A stretch of 57,071 bases of DNA, taken from IMG/VR virus record IMGVR_UViG_3300021959_007110, positions 1-57,071 of that record; one strand, given 5' to 3'. The DNA comes from a virus. Lineage: Duplodnaviria; Caudoviricetes. Positions 16,686 to 25,422 of this stretch are shown piece after piece (position 1 is the first letter of the stretch; every line of letters starts with the position of its first letter). The notes beneath the pieces were generated by a model. That model searched no databases. It had not been told where the DNA came from and was given only the letters and a program-made list of their open reading frames with translations. A program made the translations under genes and the position numbers.

Positions 16686-17770
16686 GCAGCTAAACTTTCG
16701 GGTAAATGGGCTAGTGGATTAGAAGGGTTGACACCTAAAAACTTACCCCACTCTGCATAGTAGTGGCGCATTCCAACTTCATCATGAATTGTAGAATTTT
16801 CATGGCGTCCGTGTAGGATGTTTCTCGATTCGGTACCTTCTCTCATGGTAGTACCTTGACCAGCAACACCAATTAAGTCTTCATGTAAATTGCGACCGAA
16901 TGGTCCCCAGATAGAATTGTGGTGTTTGATTCTTGTTTGTCTTTCTTCTGGAGTATCGCACCTAAGCCCATAACCACGAAACTCTATAAGAACTTTGTTG
17001 GGTCCGAGAGGTGTTACTGAGTCTGAACGATAGGCGGAACCCCGTAGGTTGAAATTAAACCCTGGGAAGAGGTCGACCATGTACCACTGGTTGGGCGGCA
17101 GATTGGGAAAAGATAACTCCCCTCTATCCTCAAAGCCGTCATACTCAGTATAGTTAACAGTAAAGCTAGACACGTTAACATGACCATTATCAAAAGGAAT
17201 ATTTTTTCTAGCAAAGTATTCATCGTTAAATCCTGACACACGATTAAAGTAGTGCATAAAGTCATGATAAAATTCTGAATTAGTATCATGCCATAGCTTG
17301 TAGTTTGTATCAATTACTGCCTTGTGGTAATGAAACACTTCCATTTCTTCAGTATCAATTGCATCAGCAATACAATCAAATGCTCCAGCAGTCCATTCAT
17401 CCACACTCTGTGTAGGGTTAGGATCAAGTGTGACCCAGACCATTCCACCATGTTTTACTTCGCAGTGTAGTTGTGGTTCAACGGTTACAATCGGTGCAGC
17501 TACTGTACCAGAAGGGTAATTGAACCCATGATTACGGTACGCCTTAATACCATCTTTAGTATTTACTGCAATTACGTTCTGCCCAGCAATTTGTGTTGTT
17601 CTATAGTTACCTTCATTATACATTTCTGAGATATGGCACATAGGAATCCAAACCTTTGAAAAGATTTGTTCTTGTTCTGCTTTATATACTTCATAACTAT
17701 TATAACAATCACTGTTAATATATTCGACTTTTGGTGAACTAATCCAGTTTTTATGGTTTCTTGGTGCCAT
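16682..17770 (-). CDS. ring-hydroxylating oxygenase alpha subunit, MsmA (methanesulfonate monooxygenase)-like, lacking the Rieske ligands
   Basis: EQEQIFSKVW..MCH.SE, NYKLWHDTNSEFYHDFMH (mononuclear Fe His pair), LFPGF and HEDL. No CxH...CxxH motif. Confidence 0.8.
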   Translation of the reverse strand: MAPRNHKNWISSPKVEYINSDCYNSYEVYKAEQEQIFSKVWIPMCHISEMYNEGNYRTTQIAGQNVIAVNTKDGIKAYRNHGFNYPSGTVAAPIVTVEPQLHCEVKHGGMVWVTLDPNPTQSVDEWTAGAFDCIADAIDTEEMEVFHYHKAVIDTNYKLWHDTNSEFYHDFMHYFNRVSGFNDEYFARKNIPFDNGHVNVSSFTVNYTEYDGFEDRGELSFPNLPPNQWYMVDLFPGFNFNLRGSAYRSDSVTPLGPNKVLIEFRGYGLRCDTPEERQTRIKHHNSIWGPFGRNLHEDLIGVAGQGTTMREGTESRNILHGRHENSTIHDEVGMRHYYAEWGKFLGVNPSNPLAHLPESLAA

Positions 17771-18152
17771 CTTCGTCTCCTTCTTTCATTGCTGATTCAT
17801 AATAAATTATAATTTCATTTTGTTGATCGATAAAACGTTTAATGTCTGCTATATTAAGTGCTAAATTTTCATAATCTTTAATAGCTAAAGCGACATAAGC
17901 TAACTCACCATTTTCTTCTGTAAAATCTTTTACAAATTGTTCGTAGTTATCTTTATTAACCACATAAACTCTAGTATCAACTAGCTGGAGTGGTTTGGGT
18001 CTCGCTACTACTGGTACTGTTACTTTCTGAGTCTGAGTTACTATCTTGACTTCCTGTTCGGGGATCAGACTGCAACCAGTTAGGAAGAGGCTTATTATTG
18101 CTACTACCAGTGCTCTCCATAAAATCTCTCCAAAGTTTAGCTGTTGCTCCAT
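17751..18152 (-). CDS. o-spanin (Rz1-like lipoprotein)
   Basis: Lipobox LTGC after a hydrophobic stretch, Pro-rich linker, overlaps the 3' end of the upstream TM coiled-coil gene. Confidence 0.75.
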   Translation of the reverse strand: MEQQLNFGEILWRALVVAIISLFLTGCSLIPEQEVKIVTQTQKVTVPVVARPKPLQLVDTRVYVVNKDNYEQFVKDFTEENGELAYVALAIKDYENLALNIADIKRFIDQQNEIIIYYESAMKEGDEDGTKKP

Positions 18153-18468
18153 TCATTCTACCTTCTAAATTTGCTGCATCCTTAAGTGCGTCTGCGAGTA
18201 AATCTAATTCTCTTAGTTTTTGACGAAGATTATCTCCGTATGCTTCAGCCTTTTGTAAGTCAGTCTGAAGCTGGATAGTAAGTTGTTGATTTTTCTCTGC
18301 TTGTTGCGTAAGTGTTTTAATGCTTTGTTCACTAATCATAGCAGCTGTCTCTAATTTAGCATTATTTTCAGTTAAAATACTAATACGAGTTTGAGTAGTA
18401 GTATAATACCAATAGCCCATGCCTAATATCGCTATTAAAATGCCAATTAGAACTTTACTGAGCATCAA
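17977..18468 (-). CDS. i-spanin (Rz-like)
   Basis: N-terminal TM segment plus long coiled coil; overlaps the lipoprotein gene by 176 nt. Confidence 0.75.
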   Translation of the reverse strand: MMLSKVLIGILIAILGMGYWYYTTTQTRISILTENNAKLETAAMISEQSIKTLTQQAEKNQQLTIQLQTDLQKAEAYGDNLRQKLRELDLLADALKDAANLEGRMNGATAKLWRDFMESTGSSNNKPLPNWLQSDPRTGSQDSNSDSESNSTSSSETQTTPAS

Positions 18469-18810
18469 TTAGCCTTTTCTATGTTTCTGACCTTTTGGAG
18501 GCGACTTTTTAGATCCTGAAGGTCCAGCCCAATAGACTTTATTAGCCCAGTAAGCTGCTGACATTTTTCCTTTGGCGATATTGCGGGCGTGGCGTGCTTT
18601 AAAAGATTTTCGTGCCTCTGGAGAGTAGTTATGCCCCATTGAAGAGTCTCCAAAATGTATGACTCGCACTTTATCTCCTTCTTTTGCCAAGACCATGCCT
18701 TTTTTCTCTGCTCTGTCTGATCTTCGTGGTTTGTTGAATCCATCAAATGTTTTCCCTCTATAATTAATTTTTCCGCTAGGAGTCCGTTTTAATCCTGGAA
18801 TCTTTGCCAT
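18469..18810 (-). CDS. small basic phage protein
   Basis: GFNKPRR...KKGMVLAK...IHFGD...RKSFKARH...SAAYWANK. Very K/R-rich. Confidence 0.8.
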   Translation of the reverse strand: MAKIPGLKRTPSGKINYRGKTFDGFNKPRRSDRAEKKGMVLAKEGDKVRVIHFGDSSMGHNYSPEARKSFKARHARNIAKGKMSAAYWANKVYWAGPSGSKKSPPKGQKHRKG

Positions 18811-18976
18811 CTTTATATCTCTTTTCTATCTCACAAATAATTTGCCACTGACGATGTGTCAATTGGGGATACTTTGTCTGAGCATTTATACAACCTAATA
18901 TAAAGGATTTTTCAGCATCGGTCAATGACTGATTATCTAAAAAGTCCTTTAGTGGTTTCTTAATTCTTCTTATCAT
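18776..18976 (-). CDS. hypothetical protein
   Basis: Start moved to MIRRIKK. Confidence 0.55.
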   Translation of the reverse strand: MIRRIKKPLKDFLDNQSLTDAEKSFILGCINAQTKYPQLTHRQWQIICEIEKRYKDGKDSRIKTDS

Positions 18977-19091
18977 CTTTTGGGATATCATAAATAAAAG
19001 GGTCAAGCTTCATTATCTCTTTTTTCTTCTTTTCAAACTCACGATCAAACTTCCACATATGATACCTATCAAGCAACCATTTTAACAACAT
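18960..19091 (-). CDS. small protein (43 aa, ...KLDPFIY)
   Basis: Hand-translated MLLKWLLDRYHMWKFDREFEKKKKEIMKLDPFIYDIPKDDKKN. GGAGG RBS. Confidence 0.6.
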   Translation of the reverse strand: MLLKWLLDRYHMWKFDREFEKKKKEIMKLDPFIYDIPKDDKKN

Positions 19092-19581
19092 GATCATTTA
19101 CCTCCGGGGTTACGCAAAGAGTTAATCTTGGCTCTTCGTCTAGATTGAATATGCGATGCTCAACACCGCTCTTAATTATATAACTCATGCCTTCTTTATA
19201 AGTATATTTTTTATCATCTTTAAATTCAATAAAACTATTATCAGTTTTAATAGAAGTAATAAAAGAAGGGCTAAAAGTATCTGTATCAGACTTATCAACA
19301 TGCCAAGGTATTTGATTTTTACCACTTAGTATTGATAAGTACATAGTATTAATTTTTCCTATTTTATTTTGTCTTTTGATAGTCTCAAGCCATTTTTCTA
19401 TTGTAGGAAAGTGTTTTAACATAGGCGAAGCTACTGAATCATGAATTAAGTCAAAAGATTTCCAATGAGGCACAAAGTACCTTTCTGCAAAAAGATGATT
19501 TCCAAGTTTATAGAAATACATCACTCGCTGTACATCAACTCCTTCAAGTTTATGAATCTTGAGCTCTTTGCAGTTTATCAA
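19069..19581 (-). CDS. 2OG-Fe(II) / Asp-Asn beta-hydroxylase-like oxygenase
   Basis: IPWHVD (HxD), distal EHRIFN and PRLTL. Confidence 0.8.
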   Translation of the reverse strand: MINCKELKIHKLEGVDVQRVMYFYKLGNHLFAERYFVPHWKSFDLIHDSVASPMLKHFPTIEKWLETIKRQNKIGKINTMYLSILSGKNQIPWHVDKSDTDTFSPSFITSIKTDNSFIEFKDDKKYTYKEGMSYIIKSGVEHRIFNLDEEPRLTLCVTPEVNDHVVKMVA

Positions 19582-20224
19582 ACTCTGCTCTCCTATTCTT
19601 TAACAAGGGTAAAAAAGGTATAGCACTTTTTTCAAAAACAATCGGATCATCTCCATCAATAGTCATGATAATAGCCACATCTTGAATTCCAGTACCGTAC
19701 ATCTCATTATGTGCGACAGCGTACGCACAGCCTTGAATATAATAGTCAGTGATTTGTTTCTGGTTCTTTTTCTTTTTTGATGTTTTAAAATCAATAATTG
19801 TAGGTTTACCTTTCCAAATACCGACCATATCAGTTCTACCTGCGTACCTATATTTATTAGACCAAAGAACTTGTTCTTGTCCCCAAATCTCTTCAACTCC
19901 ACGCTCTGTGGCTCTAATTAAATCACGACTCATTTGTCTTACGTCTAGCCTCTGATGTGTTAATTCGTCCCATACGTCTTCCCCGTTGAAATGACGTTCT
20001 GCAAATTCGTGAACTAAAGTGCCTCGATCTGTCGCTTCTTTGGAAACCCGTGCGGCTTCTTCTTCTCCTACTCGTTCTTTCCATTTCTGTAACCAAGTTT
20101 GATCTGAGGTTTTACCTAGAATAGTAGTAATAGATGGATAAGATCCATCAGGTGTATGATAAGTTCTTCCACTAGGTAGAGTATCAGTATCTACCTCAGT
20201 TATGTATTTGAACTTCTCTTTCAT
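19550..20224 (-). CDS. PD-(D/E)XK exonuclease
   Basis: YPSITTIL, RGTLVH, YAGRTD, IIDFKTS and QGCAYA. Confidence 0.9.
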   Translation of the reverse strand: MKEKFKYITEVDTDTLPSGRTYHTPDGSYPSITTILGKTSDQTWLQKWKERVGEEEAARVSKEATDRGTLVHEFAERHFNGEDVWDELTHQRLDVRQMSRDLIRATERGVEEIWGQEQVLWSNKYRYAGRTDMVGIWKGKPTIIDFKTSKKKKNQKQITDYYIQGCAYAVAHNEMYGTGIQDVAIIMTIDGDDPIVFEKSAIPFLPLLKNRRAEFDKLQRAQDS

Positions 20225-21563
20225 AATCTTCAACGGTATTGACAATCGGTTTTCCTTTCGCATTTAAGCTTGTATTAATTAGTATAGGATAACCATGTTG
20301 TCTTGTTATCTCTAATATTCTCCAAATATATGCATTCTTATTACGACTTATTATTTGAAGACGAGCTGATTTATCGTGAGTATTAAAGTTACCTCCAATA
20401 ATATCAGCAACAAACAACATATCATAACTAGGCTGATAAATTTTAAACCACGTATCAGCTTCTTCTTCTTGGCATATAGGCGCATAAGGTCTCCACGAAT
20501 CTGTATCACGCTTTTTAATTTGATTTAGCTTTTCTATGTTATCATCTGTGGGGATACATAGCAAGCTTCGATTTCCAAGCGCGCGAGGACCAAACTCTGC
20601 TCTGCCTTGAATAACTGGGACAATTTCCCCCTTAAGTAACCTAGCCGCTACTTCGTCAGTAGTAATTCCGTTATTAGCGCTTACCCCTAGATAAGCATTT
20701 TCCCAATTAGGTCTACAAATCAAAGCAGCAGCACCTAGAGCGCATCCAGCATCTCCTGCAGCAGGTTGTATCGCAATAGATTCAAATCCTGAATGTTTTT
20801 TAATATTAGTATTAGCTACACAATTGAGGGCGACACCTCCTGCATAAGCTAAATTTTTCATCCCAGTTTCTTCTTGTAGCCAAGTAGCTAAAGACAAAAG
20901 TACGTTTTCAGTTACACGTTGAACTGACGCTGCTACGTCCCAATCCAAAACGCCATAACCAACGCCGCGTTCAAAATTATGCAAGACAGTATAATCTCCA
21001 TCTGCGTTCCAGTCTATAATTTTTTGATTTATCCAAGGCAGCCACTTAGGTTCTCCATAAGCAGCTGCTGCCATCACTTGAGACTCGTCAGAAAGAGGTT
21101 TAAGTCCCAAGAAACGAGTAGCACTAGAGTAAAATAAACCAATAGAGTTTGGATAAAGAAATCTTTTAATCCATTCAATTTTGCCTCCACGATAAACTCC
21201 TAAAGATGTTGAATATTTATTTCCGACAGTATCTACTACCATTACCGCGCACTCATACCAATCAGTCATAAGAATAGAACTCATAGCGTGGGCTTCATGA
21301 TGATCTACTAGAATAGGTTGTGCTTTCGTTATTTTTTTAATCTCTGATTTAAAATCAGAATATGTAGATTCTTCATAAAAAGCAGCAAATTCAAAATCTT
21401 CCCACGCATTCTGTAACCACGATATAGTATTGATTGGAAATGAATTATCATATTTTTTACGAGTAAAGCGTTCTTCGTGAGAAGCTCCTAAAATATGAGT
21501 ATCTTTTAATGCTGCTGCGGCACTATCGTGGTGATAGCAGCTGACTCCTAGTATGTTCATCAA
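20196..21563 (-). CDS. carbamoyltransferase (NodU/CmcH family)
   Basis: HDSAAA, EERFTRKK, HHEAHA, AGGVALNCVAN, QPAAGDAG, EFGPRALGNRS and NTSLN. Confidence 0.93.
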   Translation of the reverse strand: MMNILGVSCYHHDSAAAALKDTHILGASHEERFTRKKYDNSFPINTISWLQNAWEDFEFAAFYEESTYSDFKSEIKKITKAQPILVDHHEAHAMSSILMTDWYECAVMVVDTVGNKYSTSLGVYRGGKIEWIKRFLYPNSIGLFYSSATRFLGLKPLSDESQVMAAAAYGEPKWLPWINQKIIDWNADGDYTVLHNFERGVGYGVLDWDVAASVQRVTENVLLSLATWLQEETGMKNLAYAGGVALNCVANTNIKKHSGFESIAIQPAAGDAGCALGAAALICRPNWENAYLGVSANNGITTDEVAARLLKGEIVPVIQGRAEFGPRALGNRSLLCIPTDDNIEKLNQIKKRDTDSWRPYAPICQEEEADTWFKIYQPSYDMLFVADIIGGNFNTHDKSARLQIISRNKNAYIWRILEITRQHGYPILINTSLNAKGKPIVNTVEDYEREVQIHN

Positions 21564-22098
21564 AGTACCTATTAAATATTGAGGTTAAATCTTTTTTAGT
21601 TTTACCTAAGTAGTTAGGAGAGCTTACAAAATCCACAAAAGCCCATCTGTAATTATCCACTACCGGCTGAATTCTATGAACCATAAAACAAGGAAAATAC
21701 ATGGTTTTGCCTGGTTTAGGGTATATTCTAGCTATTATCTTATCGGGTTCTGGTGCAGAAAAGTCTGTCTGTAAAACTCTCTCATTTTTCGGATTCCAAG
21801 TACCTATTTCAAAAGGCTTACCCTCAGTAAGATAAACAATATGCGTCCAAAAACGACTTGCTCTAGAAGAAGTAAGTCTCCCATGAGAATAATCTAGGTT
21901 ATCAAAATGCCACTCATAACCTTCTCCTGGTTTTAATAAAATTGCAACTTTATCGGCTACATCACATCTCCACTGATGCCCGTACCTAGTATAGTTTTTA
22001 GAGCAATAGTCTACTAACTTTGTAGAACTCTTAGCTATTGATTCTGAGAACCCGACAGTAACTGCGTCGGCCCATTCTGGGTCAATGTAATCTTCCAT
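21523..22098 (-). CDS. 2OG-Fe(II) oxygenase
   Basis: WHFD, IVYL, PKPG..YFP and HRIQPV...RW. Confidence 0.85.
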   Translation of the reverse strand: MEDYIDPEWADAVTVGFSESIAKSSTKLVDYCSKNYTRYGHQWRCDVADKVAILLKPGEGYEWHFDNLDYSHGRLTSSRASRFWTHIVYLTEGKPFEIGTWNPKNERVLQTDFSAPEPDKIIARIYPKPGKTMYFPCFMVHRIQPVVDNYRWAFVDFVSSPNYLGKTKKDLTSIFNRYFDEHTRSQLLSPR

Positions 22099-22670
22099 CT
22101 ATCATAAACCTCTTTAGCAAGTAAGGGTGCAAATGCAAAATGCCCTTTTTGATTCATATGACCTGCATATCCAGCATACTCACCCTCTTTCTTTGCAAAA
22201 TCTCTTAAATATTGATTCCATATGCAAGGATGCCCTTGTATCAACGGATCTTCTATAACACAGGGGCGATAAATAGGAACAATCATAAGATTGTCTGGAG
22301 TACAAGTGTTTAAAACGGATAATACAAATAATACATGAGTACGCCAGTACCATTTTAGTTTGGTAAACTTTTTAAACCAAAGTTTCCTAGTCAAGTCCCC
22401 CCAAGGGTCTTCTGAACCATACGGATAGGGTAATAAATATTTATGCTCACCTGTAGGGTCTGCTCTGTGGTGATGCCCCACTAACCAGATAACCTTAAAA
22501 TCCTTGACAAGTTCGTTTCGTATGATAAAATCAGCTTGAACATCTATACTGGCTCCAGTTTCTTCCCAGCGATTTTTTAAGCCTAGTATGTCAAATACCG
22601 TAAAGTTGGCCTCATCATTTTGCATAGACCAAGAATTACCCATAACAAAGATTTCATTATTAATGTACAT
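22035..22670 (-). CDS. SGNH/GDSL-like hydrolase (degenerate)
   Basis: VMGNSWS block I, GAS block II and GHMNQKGH block V-like motif. Confidence 0.65.
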   Translation of the reverse strand: MYINNEIFVMGNSWSMQNDEANFTVFDILGLKNRWEETGASIDVQADFIIRNELVKDFKVIWLVGHHHRADPTGEHKYLLPYPYGSEDPWGDLTRKLWFKKFTKLKWYWRTHVLFVLSVLNTCTPDNLMIVPIYRPCVIEDPLIQGHPCIWNQYLRDFAKKEGEYAGYAGHMNQKGHFAFAPLLAKEVYDRWKITLTQNGPTQLLSGSQNQ

Positions 22671-23325
22671 AGTAACCTGCGGAGATAGTTTTACAAAAGG
22701 CGAAGGCCTTGAGAATAGTTCTCAAGCATATCCTTACCAACTTCAAAAGTTATTAAAATCTGATAAATTAACTAATCTTTCTCAAAGTGGTGCATCTGAA
22801 TACCTTATTACAGCACAAGTTGAGGAAGCTGTCAAGTTAAAACCTGATTTGATTGTAGTCGGCCATACAAGCGAATATAGGTGGCAAGTATGGGACGTAA
22901 GAAACAACATAACTCAAGGATTCATAGTCGCGAACCATGTGATTAAAAATGAAAAGTACTATAGAAACTGGATACTCTCTGAACAAATTTTAGCTAATCG
23001 TAGGTCAGAAGATAAAAAGCACCAAGCCGCGTGGCACGCAGCTGGAATGTTATATTACTCGGATGAAGAGTTAGTAAGAAGGCTATGGAGTGGGGCAGTA
23101 GCGAAACAAATATTATTGTGTCAACGAGCCAATATACCAATGATACATCATTGTTGTTTTCCCCACCTACACCCGCTTCTAGAAGAACTAACCGATGACT
23201 ATGTAAAATTTCATCTAGACTTAGAAAAGCACGACGACTTTGCCCCCGATAACTCTCATGCAGGGGCAATTAGTCATATGAAATTAGCAACACTGCTTAT
23301 GAGCAAGCATCTACCCACTCTTTAA
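22663..23325 (+). CDS. SGNH/GDSL-like hydrolase
   Basis: Start moved to MYIVTCGDSFTKG; NLSQSGAS and DNSHAG (DxxH). Confidence 0.8.
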   Translation: MYIVTCGDSFTKGEGLENSSQAYPYQLQKLLKSDKLTNLSQSGASEYLITAQVEEAVKLKPDLIVVGHTSEYRWQVWDVRNNITQGFIVANHVIKNEKYYRNWILSEQILANRRSEDKKHQAAWHAAGMLYYSDEELVRRLWSGAVAKQILLCQRANIPMIHHCCFPHLHPLLEELTDDYVKFHLDLEKHDDFAPDNSHAGAISHMKLATLLMSKHLPTL

Positions 23326-23533
23326 TTTCATCCCATTTTTCCTCTTCTTCTTCAAGAGAATTTTTGCGAACAATAGTGGCTACTTTAGTGATAGTAGCGA
23401 CAGGTAAGCCATATTCAGTTTTAATGTCCTTTTTTAGCTCTGCAATAGATTCTCGAATAGATTCTGCTTGAATCATCAAGTCTACGATGCGTGAAATTTC
23501 TTTACGTACTTCTTGTTTTAGTGCTGGTTCCAT
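23297..23533 (-). CDS. dsDNA-binding protein (T4 DsbA/GapR-like)
   Basis: Short helical protein: EISRIVDL..AESIRESIAELKKDIK.EYGL...ITKVA. GAGG RBS. Confidence 0.6.
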   Translation of the reverse strand: MEPALKQEVRKEISRIVDLMIQAESIRESIAELKKDIKTEYGLPVATITKVATIVRKNSLEEEEEKWDEIKEWVDACS

Positions 23534-23534
23534 T

Positions 23535-24167
23535 TTATTCCTCAAAGTTAAAAAGGTTGAAGTCTGTCCAATAGCGATCTGCTATTAAACTTTTTTGACT
23601 ACGACTGAGAGATATTTCCATGTTAGAAACATTAGCTCTTTCTAATGTACAACCATGAGTTTTTAGCAAATGTGTTAGGCTAAATAAATCTTCGTCAAAG
23701 TCATATATTAATTTAGGTATTATAATAAAATTATCAGAACATAAGAAGCGATAAATGGGTTGAAAATGGTGATTACAGTCTTCTAAATCACGCTCATCGA
23801 GTAAATAATGTAAAAAATAATTTAGATTATGAACTCTCGATAAATTTATATTAGGATCTAATTCTAAACAGCGTTCAGTGTCCCGGAGAGCAAAATGTTT
23901 ATATAAGGCTAACAACCTGCGATAAGGAGAGCGAACAACTGAAATATTAAAGTTACCGTTAACTTCTGCATAACTCGGTGTTATGTAAGTTAAGTTTAAG
24001 TTGTGATGTATGTAGTAGTAATCAGTAGAAGACTCATCAAATATTTTTTGCTTTGCAAGTGCAGCTTTTACAGCCGTACAACCACATTTAGGAACTGCCC
24101 AATAGTTTAATTTGTAGTCTGTAAATTGAGTTATATTAAAGAATTTACTTTTATCATACTTTTTCAT
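23535..24167 (-). CDS. carbohydrate sulfotransferase (family 2)
   Basis: VPKCGCTAVK (5'-PSB), VRSPYRRL.ALY (3'-PB) and HHFQP. Confidence 0.85.
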   Translation of the reverse strand: MKKYDKSKFFNITQFTDYKLNYWAVPKCGCTAVKAALAKQKIFDESSTDYYYIHHNLNLTYITPSYAEVNGNFNISVVRSPYRRLLALYKHFALRDTERCLELDPNINLSRVHNLNYFLHYLLDERDLEDCNHHFQPIYRFLCSDNFIIIPKLIYDFDEDLFSLTHLLKTHGCTLERANVSNMEISLSRSQKSLIADRYWTDFNLFNFEE

Positions 24168-25422
24168 CCAAAAACTCCCTCAAGTCTAAGACTCTATTTT
24201 CAAAGTTTTTTTGATTATGTAAAAATATAGGCTCACAGTCGTCTAACAAAGATTTCATTTCAGAACTACTTGATTCAATTACTTTTTTAGCCTCTATAAA
24301 AGCTCTCATAAAACGTTCATAGTCACTAGAAGTTTGATCATAAGTTTCATTAATCATTGGATGAAATGATTGATAACCTAGTTGATTGAACCATTTAAGT
24401 GTGTCTTTTTGTCCAATAACAACAAAGGGCTTTTTACAAGCTATATTTCGCCATATTTTTTCAGTTATTAAAGGCCAATCTATAACGTTATCCGAAAAAT
24501 ACGCTTCTATAACTAAGTTAAAATCTATCGCATCCATTGCTTTAGAAATAACTAAAAAATCGTCTGTAGTATAATGTTTGCCAGAAGTAAGTGGTTCAAT
24601 ATTTAAATCTTTTAGTCGTGAATCATTACAATCATTTTGTAGAGCTTTGTATGTCTCAGGAAGAAACTCTCCTTGAAAGTCAACACTTACTAAACCTTTT
24701 TTTAATAAGTCATTTTGCTCCAATAAAGTATTAATGAGTACAGCACCAATATGTTTATCTGTACGCTTATTAAGTAGTAAAAATCTTTTTTTAGGGTAAT
24801 CAGGATCAACATTTTCTGGAATACCAGGCCATTCGTAATCTAAAGGAATATTGAATCTCAAATGTTTATTCTTACCTTTAGTTTCTAAAGTAAAAGTATT
24901 ATGAGGGTCATACATATGCCTAGCACAGAAATGAAGTTCTAAAAAGCTAGGAAAACAGTGAATTCGATTATGATCTACAAATCGTTGATCACTAATATTT
25001 ATATGTAATCTGTCGTTAGGAACTTGAGTGCAGTCATCTAAAGATGCAATAAGCTGTTCAAAGTCATAACGATTAGGAGGCTCCATAGAGGCATCAATTA
25101 TTACCCGTCCTTTTCCCTGTTTTAAAGAATTAATTACACGCTCATCTATATAAGACCAAAAACCAAAGTCTTCGTGGTGGTTATTGATAAGAGTTCTGAC
25201 TTGAAGGTAAGGTTCTTGCATTAACACGGGATATATAAATGAATCAACTGTATCAATTTCGTCAGGTGAGATTATACGAATGTCAGGGAGAAAAAACTGA
25301 AACATCCACGGAATTTGTCTTTTATATTTAGGACAATAGTGAATATCGTTTTCAAGATACCCAGTAAGATTAGGGAACCAGATGTTTGGTTTCCATTCAT
25401 GTTCATATACAAGATTTATCAT
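24154..25422 (-). CDS. GT-B-like hypothetical protein
   Basis: FNLVIE...ITEKIWR.I..KKPF..IG...LGYQSF..INETYD C-terminal block. Confidence 0.6.
   Translation of the reverse strand: MINLVYEHEWKPNIWFPNLTGYLENDIHYCPKYKRQIPWMFQFFLPDIRIISPDEIDTVDSFIYPVLMQEPYLQVRTLINNHHEDFGFWSYIDERVINSLKQGKGRVIIDASMEPPNRYDFEQLIASLDDCTQVPNDRLHINISDQRFVDHNRIHCFPSFLELHFCARHMYDPHNTFTLETKGKNKHLRFNIPLDYEWPGIPENVDPDYPKKRFLLLNKRTDKHIGAVLINTLLEQNDLLKKGLVSVDFQGEFLPETYKALQNDCNDSRLKDLNIEPLTSGKHYTTDDFLVISKAMDAIDFNLVIEAYFSDNVIDWPLITEKIWRNIACKKPFVVIGQKDTLKWFNQLGYQSFHPMINETYDQTSSDYERFMRAFIEAKKVIESSSSEMKSLLDDCEPIFLHNQKNFENRVLDLREFLDEKV

Noticed and set aside
19550-20224. Possible Cas4/CRISPR association of the PD-(D/E)XK nuclease
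   Set aside because: No four-Cys Fe-S motif, no other cas genes and no repeat-spacer array seen in the window. Fits an ordinary phage exonuclease.
22588-22662. Longer start of the plus-strand SGNH gene
   Set aside because: The GDS motif normally lies a few residues from the N-terminus, and the extension is antisense to the partner gene's coding region.
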